Origin: Bacteroidales bacterium | GTDB taxonomy: Bacteria > Bacteroidota > Bacteroidia > Bacteroidales > UBA932 | Direction: 5' to 3' | Length of the DNA: 64,000 nt | Assembly (NCBI GenBank): GCA_017398335.1 | Contig: JAFQGK010000065.1 | Span: 9,765-73,764 of the forward strand | In this document: piece after piece, positions 56,950 to 64,000 of the stretch | How positions within the stretch are numbered: the stretch's first letter is position 1 | Layout: each line of letters begins with the position of its first letter | Position numbers and translations under genes: made by a program | The notes under the pieces: model-generated | The model's database searches: none | Told to the model about the DNA's origin: nothing | Seen by the model: only the letters and a program-made list of their open reading frames with translations

Positions 56950-59097
56950 TTATTCTACAAAAGTCATTTCTTCCAGGAGGTGATCGGCATTCGCAAGTTT
57001 GTCTATGATGAAGAGAACATATCTTACGTCAAGACTGATATTGCGACAGAAGTCCGGATCGAAATCTATATCGCTCATCGTTCCTTCCCATACACGGTCG
57101 AAGTTTATACCTATCAGATTGCCGTCGGCGTTGATAACAGGGCTCCCGGAGTTGCCGCCTGAGGTGTGGTTAGTTGCAATGAAGCATACCGGAACCTCTC
57201 CTGAGGCGTCTGTCCATCTGCCGAAATCTCTGGTGGCATAGAGGTCACGGAGACTCTGAGGTATGTTGTAATCAAAGATCTCTGGGTTGTCTTTCTCGAT
57301 AATTCCTGCCAGAGTGGATGACGGCCTGTAGTATATTCCGTCGGATGGGGAGTATCCCTTTATGTTGCCATATGCAACCCTGAGCGTCAGGTTGGCGTCA
57401 GGATAGAAAGCCTTGCTGCCTTCTGCCGGTCCTTTGCCCTCTGCAGCAAGTGCATCAGCGTATTCCATCTGTCCGCGCATATAATCCCTGTATGCCAGCT
57501 GGAGGTCCTGACTGATCTGCTGGACCTTCACTGAATGAGGAATTATCCATTCTGTCATCTTTACATAGAACTCCTTTACAGGGTCATTCTCAAGAATTTC
57601 GCGGTCAGATTCTCCGATAGCATTCATCCTTTCTCTGTCAACGTATACAGTTGACCTCATCATATCTTCAATCCATGCCTCTGCAGATCCGTGAGCGGCC
57701 ATTTTTGCCTTGAAGTAGTCAGGCTTGTCTTCTATGTCTATGTTCTTGTCGAAAGCTTCCATAAGAGCAATGAAGCACTCTTTGTCTATCGGCAGGTAGT
57801 AGTCCTTGAAGAATTCGTCTGTGTGTTTCTTCAGTTTTGTCAGGTCAACCGGTTCGTCTTTCCTATTAGGTATGCAGTACCTTCCTATGTTAGCCGCAAA
57901 TGAAGCAGCTTCAAAACTTCTGGCAGTCTCGATATAATAGTCAATGAGATACTGATGAATCTCCATCTCCCTGCAGAGGTCTCCTATCTTTTCTATAAGT
58001 CCTTCATATTCAGTACCCTTTGCCCATTCTGTAAAATCTGCTTCGAACTTCTTTTTGGTCTCTACTGTCTTCATCTTGCGGATGCCGCCGGCCTCTCCCT
58101 GCCATTTCTTCCATGCATTTGCCACTCTTGCCTTCTTGGTCGAGTATTTGATGCGCACGTCCTGACTTGCAGCCATGTGCTTGTTGAATATGTCCAGTCT
58201 GAGACTACGCAGGGCCACCTTGTGCGGATCGGATATTTCTGAAATGTATCTCACGCCTTCCGAATGGATGTATTCCTGTGTGCTGCCAGGGAAGCCGTAT
58301 ATGAATGTAAAGTCCCCTTCCTGTACTCCGGCAGTGCTGATCTTGAAATATTTCTTTGGCTTGAAAGGGACATTCTCTGGCGAATATTCTGCAGGATTGT
58401 TGTCCTTGTCTGCATATATGCGGAAAAGTGAAAAATCTCCGGTGTGCCTTGGCCACATCCAATTGTCAGTCTCGCCTCCGAACTTTCCTATTGATGAAGG
58501 TGGCGCTCCCACGAGTCTGATATCCTTGTATTCTCTATATACGAACAGAAAGTACTGGTTGCCGTAGTACAGGGCCTCCACTGTCGCACGGAGCCCCTTT
58601 TCTTCATCGGTAACGCTCTTGAGCAGTTCATCAGAGTTCCGGCGTACCAGATTTACTCTCTCACTTTCGCTCATGGATTCTTCATAACCTTTGAGTATCA
58701 CGGGAGTAACATCTTCCATCCTTTCGAGAAAGCTTACAGTAAGGCCTTCGTTCGGAAGTTCCTCGCTGCGGCTCATTGCCCAGAATCCGTCTTTCAGATA
58801 ATCATGTTCCACACTGCTGTGCTTCTGGATCTGAGCATATCCGCAATGGTGGTTTGTAAGCAGCAGTCCCTCAGGGGAAATCAGCTCGGCGCTGCATCCG
58901 CGTGCGAACATGACGACGGCATCCTTCAGTGATGCCTGATTTATACTATATATATCCTCCGCATCAAGTCTGAAACCTTTAGCCTGCATGTCCTCGATCC
59001 TTTGCGAAATAAGTGACGGCAGCCACATTCCTTCGTCTGCCTTTGCCTGAATCGCTGTGATCATACATACCGTTAAAATGATTATTGTCTTTCTCAT
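56950..59097 (-). CDS. S46 dipeptidyl peptidase (DPP11-like)
   Basis: Motifs ADEGMWLP, TNHHC, DNWMWPRHTGDF, GGNSGSP, FDRVWE. Confidence 0.9.
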   Translation of the reverse strand: MRKTIIILTVCMITAIQAKADEGMWLPSLISQRIEDMQAKGFRLDAEDIYSINQASLKDAVVMFARGCSAELISPEGLLLTNHHCGYAQIQKHSSVEHDYLKDGFWAMSRSEELPNEGLTVSFLERMEDVTPVILKGYEESMSESERVNLVRRNSDELLKSVTDEEKGLRATVEALYYGNQYFLFVYREYKDIRLVGAPPSSIGKFGGETDNWMWPRHTGDFSLFRIYADKDNNPAEYSPENVPFKPKKYFKISTAGVQEGDFTFIYGFPGSTQEYIHSEGVRYISEISDPHKVALRSLRLDIFNKHMAASQDVRIKYSTKKARVANAWKKWQGEAGGIRKMKTVETKKKFEADFTEWAKGTEYEGLIEKIGDLCREMEIHQYLIDYYIETARSFEAASFAANIGRYCIPNRKDEPVDLTKLKKHTDEFFKDYYLPIDKECFIALMEAFDKNIDIEDKPDYFKAKMAAHGSAEAWIEDMMRSTVYVDRERMNAIGESDREILENDPVKEFYVKMTEWIIPHSVKVQQISQDLQLAYRDYMRGQMEYADALAAEGKGPAEGSKAFYPDANLTLRVAYGNIKGYSPSDGIYYRPSSTLAGIIEKDNPEIFDYNIPQSLRDLYATRDFGRWTDASGEVPVCFIATNHTSGGNSGSPVINADGNLIGINFDRVWEGTMSDIDFDPDFCRNISLDVRYVLFIIDKLANADHLLEEMTFVE

Positions 59098-59105
59098 ATC
59101 TGTAA

Positions 59106-59708
59106 TTATATCAATCCTTCGTTTATATACATCTTTCTGTAATACTCCGCCTTCTTTCCGATCGGGAGAGGGTAGGCCCTTGATGACGAGGGCATTCTCC
59201 AGAAATCAAGTTTCCTGCCCTCAGATGTGACTATTTCTGACATTTCTCCTACTGCCGGTTCCTTGCATCCGAAAGTCTCCACAATTATATCAGTAGCTTT
59301 CTGACCGGTGGTAATAATCGCCCTGCATTCCGGAATCCTTTTCAGAATTGCCTTGAAGTCAGTGAACTCCACCACCTCCAGAAACTTGTCGGATGCGTTG
59401 TCCTTCAGTCTTATCACCTTAACGGCGGTATCGTATAGTGCTATCCCTTTTTCTGCACAGAAGGCAGCTATCCTTTCTTTGTCGAAAGCTTTATGCTTTT
59501 TACTTTCCCCGTCCTGCAATACGAAATGCTCTTTGTCATTGTAAAATATCTCTCCTGTTATTCTCCACATGTCGTTTATCCAGTTGGGATAGAAGAAATC
59601 CATGGACCACCTTTTCCTGGCTGGCGGGAAACTGCCCAACATCAGGATGCGGGCTCCTTCAGGAAGGAACGGATCAAGCGGATGACTTTCTACAACTTGG
59701 TCAGTCAT
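59106..59708 (-). CDS. Uracil-DNA glycosylase superfamily protein
   Basis: Motifs MLGSFPP, FFYPN, MPSSSRAYP. Confidence 0.8.
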   Translation of the reverse strand: MTDQVVESHPLDPFLPEGARILMLGSFPPARKRWSMDFFYPNWINDMWRITGEIFYNDKEHFVLQDGESKKHKAFDKERIAAFCAEKGIALYDTAVKVIRLKDNASDKFLEVVEFTDFKAILKRIPECRAIITTGQKATDIIVETFGCKEPAVGEMSEIVTSEGRKLDFWRMPSSSRAYPLPIGKKAEYYRKMYINEGLI

Positions 59709-59709
59709 G

Positions 59710-60285
59710 TCAGAAAATTATTCTGTTTGAGATTATTTCATTTTCGCAGAATGTGGCTTCAAGGGATATCGAGTCATCAGAACGTCTTGCCAGTATCTCC
59801 GGCATTTCAAGTTCAGCAGCCACAAAGTCCCCGATTCTGAGTGATGTCAGCTGCGATGCCCTGCATATCGTGTCCTCGACAATTGACTTGATGTCTTCTC
59901 CGCAATGGCAGCCATATATCTTTTTGCCTTCTGCACTTATCTCAAAAAAGTTATCCTCGTTTGTAATCAGCACCGGGTTGTACAATGGCATCGGAAGAAG
60001 TGATGTGTGGTCTATGCATGAGGCATAGGCAATGTCGGCCGGCGTCATCTCCTCTGCTGTCGAGCAGTAAAGCAGCACTCCGAAATTGAAACCATCATAA
60101 TATCGCTCGGCAAATCTGCTGCCTATGCATTTCCCCGCCTTGCTGATTCTGGCGAAAACTACAGGTGCCCTGAATATCGCATTAACGCACTCGGGAGAGT
60201 AGAAATCTTTGTTTTCCCTCTCCCAAGTCGTGTCTGGCCGGCAGCAGCATAAATCGCTGCCGTATGGTCTGGTGATAATGTTCAT
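59710..60285 (-). CDS. Degenerate fumarylacetoacetate-hydrolase-family protein
   Basis: RPD, RISKAGKCIGSRFAERYYD and SLRIGD match the FAH fold; catalytic residues appear absent. Confidence 0.6.
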   Translation of the reverse strand: MNIITRPYGSDLCCCRPDTTWERENKDFYSPECVNAIFRAPVVFARISKAGKCIGSRFAERYYDGFNFGVLLYCSTAEEMTPADIAYASCIDHTSLLPMPLYNPVLITNEDNFFEISAEGKKIYGCHCGEDIKSIVEDTICRASQLTSLRIGDFVAAELEMPEILARRSDDSISLEATFCENEIISNRIIF

Positions 60286-60291
60286 TCTCCT

Positions 60292-61224
60292 TTAGAATAA
60301 TGATCCTTGTCCTCCGAACTTGCTGCTGAGCCTGCTCAGAGCGTCTCCCATTTCTTCTTCTGACAGAGGTCTGTTTTCTGCAGCCTTACGTTGCTGTATG
60401 GCTGCTCTCTTCTCCTCGTCGTACTTTTCCTTGAGTATGGCGAACTGACGCTTTGTGTCGAGAGTGAAGTCACCGTTGCTTATCCATGCAAAATACGAAG
60501 GCTCGCTCATATATACTTCGCGTGCAGTCTTTCCTTTATGCTTACCGAAGCTTATGCAAGGCTCGTCCTTGTCATTCAATACTATTCTGCCGGCATAGTC
60601 GACAATGCGTTGCTTGGTCGAAAAACGTGCAAGCTTGTCCACGTTGTTCTCGATTCGAGGATCACATGCATATCTGTCCAGCTGGCCCTTGAGAACTTCG
60701 TATGTCGCAAGTGTGTCCGCTTCGGCTGCATGAGCGTTTTCAAGGTCCTTCTCACAGTAGAACATATAGGCAGCCTTCAGTGTACGAGGCTCCATGATGT
60801 GGAATATGTTCTGGACATCCACCATCTGCATCCCGTGAAGGTCGATGTCCGGCTTCTTGTCAGTGTACTGGCGCACTCTTTCGATTTCTTCGGCAAGAAG
60901 CGGGAGATCGAATTTCGCTGAATTGAAACCGGCCAGATCGCTGCCTTTGAGCCATTCAGTGACTTCATCCACTATCTGGTAGAATGTCGGCTTGTCAGCG
61001 AGGTCCTCGGCAGATATTCCATGGACAGCCTGAGCGGAAGGATTGATCGCCCTCTGGCAATTGCCTGCATAATCCCAAGGTTTTACTCTCCAGGTCTTGA
61101 CTCTCTGTTCGCCACCCGGCATAACCTTGACAAAGCAGAGCTCAATTATCGAGTCTGCCGCGATATTGAGCCCTGTACTTTCTATATCAAAAAATAATAA
61201 TGGTCTTGTCAGATTCAATTCCAT
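60292..61224 (-). CDS. DEDDh 3'-5' exonuclease (DnaQ / Pol III epsilon-like)
   Basis: Motifs FDIESTG, VHGI, GFNSAKFD, HAAEADT. Confidence 0.88.
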   Translation of the reverse strand: MELNLTRPLLFFDIESTGLNIAADSIIELCFVKVMPGGEQRVKTWRVKPWDYAGNCQRAINPSAQAVHGISAEDLADKPTFYQIVDEVTEWLKGSDLAGFNSAKFDLPLLAEEIERVRQYTDKKPDIDLHGMQMVDVQNIFHIMEPRTLKAAYMFYCEKDLENAHAAEADTLATYEVLKGQLDRYACDPRIENNVDKLARFSTKQRIVDYAGRIVLNDKDEPCISFGKHKGKTAREVYMSEPSYFAWISNGDFTLDTKRQFAILKEKYDEEKRAAIQQRKAAENRPLSEEEMGDALSRLSSKFGGQGSLF

Positions 61225-61256
61225 ATTGAAAGTCTTTTTTCAAAAATCCGGAGGAC

Positions 61257-62378
61257 TTAAGAAATCATGATAGGCATGATGATGCCGCAGATCTTCTCGC
61301 TGTCCTCTTCCTCTTCTGCCGGAACAATGAGAGCCGCTCTCTTGCTGTCCAGGAACTTCATTACGATTTCCCCGCAGTTCATGTTCGAAAGGATTTCGAT
61401 GATGAAAGGAGACTTGAAGCCGATTGTAAGAGGCTCTCCGTCATACTGGCACTGCATCTTCTCATATGCAGCGATGGAGAATCCGAGATCCTGGGCTGAA
61501 ATCTCAAGCGAACCGTTCTGAAGGTCGAACTTGATGTGGTTGGAAGCCTTGTTTGCGCACACCGATACGCGACGTACGGTGTTGAGAAGCTGAAGTCTGT
61601 TGATCTTCAGGATGTTAGAGTTGTTCTGCGGTATTACATCCCTGTATTTAGGATATTTTCCGACCACGAGTCTGCATATGACCATTGTCTGGCCGAAGCA
61701 GAACGAAGCATTCTTCGAGTCAAATGCAACATCTACATTTTCGATGTCTTTGCCGATGATCGCCTTGAGGATTGCCGCAGGTTTCTTGTGAAGAATGAAC
61801 GAAGCCTTGGCAGCAGCCTTTACATCTGTAGTCGTGTAGCAGATGAGCTTGTGCGAGTCTGATGCGACAAGAGTGGTGGAGTCCACGTCGATGTCGAAGA
61901 GGATACCGTTCATCGCAGGACGGATCTCGTCGTCAGCTGTTGCATAGATTGTGCTTGAAATACCTTCCAGAAGGCTCTGAGCCGGGAACATGATGCTTAT
62001 TGCAGTTTCGTCAGTACCTGTGATCTCAGGGTAGTCCTCTGCAGGGAAATATGGAAGATTGGATTCTCCGCTTGCCCAGCTGCATACGAACGAACTGTCG
62101 CTTGAAGTCTGGATTGTGAGCGGCTGATCCGGAAGTTCCTTAAGAAGGTCCATCATATGCTTGGCAGGAACTGCGATCTTACCTTCTTCCACAGTCTCTT
62201 CTACCTCAATCTGAGTCTTGAGGGTTAGCTCTGTGTCTGACGCAGTGATCTCCAGCACATTTCCATTGAGGTCAAACAGGAAGTTCTCCAGGATTGGAAG
62301 CGGTGATTTTGCAGGGATAGCCTTGGATACAGCCATGACGCCCCTGAGCAATTCTGAACTTGAAATTATAAGTTTCAT
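61257..62378 (-). CDS. dnaN: DNA polymerase III beta sliding clamp
   Basis: Motifs LPILENFLF, DEIRPAMNG, ASDSHKL, IGFKS, IMPI; TATATTTG promoter at 62404-62411 (minus strand). Confidence 0.95.
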   Translation of the reverse strand: MKLIISSSELLRGVMAVSKAIPAKSPLPILENFLFDLNGNVLEITASDTELTLKTQIEVEETVEEGKIAVPAKHMMDLLKELPDQPLTIQTSSDSSFVCSWASGESNLPYFPAEDYPEITGTDETAISIMFPAQSLLEGISSTIYATADDEIRPAMNGILFDIDVDSTTLVASDSHKLICYTTTDVKAAAKASFILHKKPAAILKAIIGKDIENVDVAFDSKNASFCFGQTMVICRLVVGKYPKYRDVIPQNNSNILKINRLQLLNTVRRVSVCANKASNHIKFDLQNGSLEISAQDLGFSIAAYEKMQCQYDGEPLTIGFKSPFIIEILSNMNCGEIVMKFLDSKRAALIVPAEEEEDSEKICGIIMPIMIS

Positions 62379-62538
62379 GATGAACTAATTTTGTTTAAGT
62401 CAACAAATATAAGAATTTTTCAAAAGAAGTGGCATATTTTTTGAGAAATTCTGTGCGGTGTCTTGCGACCGGTACGGTCCGACTGCAAAAACCGCGCATA
62501 ATTAAGTTGAAAAATAACAAATTATTCAGTACATAAAT

Positions 62539-63969
62539 ATGAAAAGAGGATTTCTAATCGTTTTGCTCTCTGCTGTTGTCGGAGGGTTGACATCTTTTGT
62601 TGTTGTCAGGAATATGACAGAAAGTCAGACACAGGTTGTCCAGACTTCTGAAGGTGCCCAGTACAGAACCGTGAATCTGACTCAGGACAACTGGCCTGAT
62701 TTTACATATGCTGCAGAATCTGCAGTTGATGCTGTCGTTTATGTCAGGGTAAAGGCTACAGAATCAGGTCAGGCAATGCCTAATTCTATATTTGACTTTT
62801 TCTTCGGTATGCCACAGGGAACCCCTCAACCTCGAGAGAAGGTCGGAAGCGGTTCTGGTGTAATAATCCGAGAAGACGGATATATAGTGACAAACAATCA
62901 TGTGATTGAAGGTGCGACTGAGATCGAGGTTACTCTCAATTCAAATCAGACTTATCCGGCTACTCTGGTCGGAACGGATCCGGCTACAGATGTGGCTCTT
63001 CTCAAGATTGATGCTTCCGGTCTGCCGGTCGTACCGTTCGGTGACTCTGACAAGCTCCGTCTCGGAGAGTGGGTGATAGCCATCGGTTCCCCGTATGATC
63101 TTCGTTCCACCATTACTGCAGGTATCGTAAGTGCAAAGGGACGTTCGATGCCGAACTATACAGGTGAGTTCAAGATCGAATCATTCATCCAGACTGATGC
63201 AGCCGTGAACCCTGGCAACAGTGGAGGAGCTCTTGTGGACAAATCCGGCAATCTGGTGGGAATCAACACCGCAATCATTTCAAAGACAGGGTCTTATTCA
63301 GGTTATTCGTTTGCGGTCCCTTCCAACATCGTAAAGAAGATTGTATACGATCTGATGGATTTCGGAAGTGTGAAGAGAGCCATACTCGGCATCACCATGC
63401 AGGAAATTGACGATAAAATAGCGGAGGAGTTGAAACTTTCTTCAAGAAACGGCGTATATATTGTTGAGGTTTCTAAAAGTGGAGCAGCCGACAAGGCCGG
63501 TGTTCAGAAGGGTGACGTACTTATAGCCATTGACTCTACGAAGATTACGACATCTTCTTCAGTGCAGGAGGCTGTAAGCAGATTCTCTCCAGGAGACAAG
63601 GCTGTTCTTACCATTTTACGTGAAGGAAAGGAGAAACATCTGGATGTTACATTCAAAGGTACTTCTCAGGAAAACGGAACTCTCGCAGAAGATGGTTCTG
63701 TAGCGTTCTATGGTTCGTCAATCAAGGAGGCTTCAGAAGAAATTCTCAAAAGATATGGTTTGAAGAACGGTGTCGAAATCGTTGAACTCGGACCAGGCAA
63801 ACTGAAGGAAGCCGGAGCTACCGAAGGATTCATCATCCTTTATGTAAACGATCAGGCTGTCAAGACTCCGCAGGATATCATCGATATCGTCAAGAAGTCA
63901 AAGCGTGCTGTCTTCGTCGAGGGTATCACTCCATCCGGAAGAACAGGCTACTTCGGTTTCGGAGTATAG
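62539..63969 (+). CDS. htrA: HtrA/DegP serine protease with two PDZ domains
   Basis: Motifs GSGSGVII, TNNHV, TDVALLK, NPGNSGG. Confidence 0.92.
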   Translation: MKRGFLIVLLSAVVGGLTSFVVVRNMTESQTQVVQTSEGAQYRTVNLTQDNWPDFTYAAESAVDAVVYVRVKATESGQAMPNSIFDFFFGMPQGTPQPREKVGSGSGVIIREDGYIVTNNHVIEGATEIEVTLNSNQTYPATLVGTDPATDVALLKIDASGLPVVPFGDSDKLRLGEWVIAIGSPYDLRSTITAGIVSAKGRSMPNYTGEFKIESFIQTDAAVNPGNSGGALVDKSGNLVGINTAIISKTGSYSGYSFAVPSNIVKKIVYDLMDFGSVKRAILGITMQEIDDKIAEELKLSSRNGVYIVEVSKSGAADKAGVQKGDVLIAIDSTKITTSSSVQEAVSRFSPGDKAVLTILREGKEKHLDVTFKGTSQENGTLAEDGSVAFYGSSIKEASEEILKRYGLKNGVEIVELGPGKLKEAGATEGFIILYVNDQAVKTPQDIIDIVKKSKRAVFVEGITPSGRTGYFGFGV

Positions 63970-64000
63970 AAAGTTAAATTTTTATAATACGAATGAGACA

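Noticed and set aside
1-64000. CRISPR array, rRNA/tRNA genes, transposase, integrase, prophage or defence island
   Set aside because: No regularly spaced repeats or recognisable genes of these classes seen by eye.

Overview
A gene-dense Bacteroidales chromosomal segment. The lineage call is inferred from TAnnTTTG promoters, SusC/SusD, lipoproteins and the mmd operon; a Rikenellaceae/RC9-like gut lineage is a guess. The left part (~0.7-27.8 kb) is a large polysaccharide-utilisation region. It holds a GH29 fucosidase, two DUF4434 TIM-barrel proteins, a ROK repressor, an MFS sugar porter, two GHL10-like hydrolases, SusC/SusD, surface lipoproteins, a NAGPA phosphodiester glycosidase, an AGE-family 2-epimerase, a metallophosphoesterase, an SGNH esterase and a DUF5009 protein. 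No sialidase or sialic-acid lyase is visible, which suggests (inference) a ManNAc- or phosphodiester-containing glycan substrate. susC is frameshifted at a G9 tract in its signal-peptide region, either phase-variable OFF or a sequencing error. The right part is mostly housekeeping: metF, metH, a ProX-type editing protein, Na+-pumping methylmalonyl-CoA decarboxylase, yebC, recF, pdxB, glnS, ferritin, FprA, an S46 peptidase, a DnaQ-like exonuclease, dnaN and htrA. metH carries a ~110-bp element with CGTC-tagged terminal inverted repeats inserted in frame. Several short REP-like palindromes lie in intergenic gaps. I saw no rRNA, tRNA, CRISPR array, transposase or prophage.
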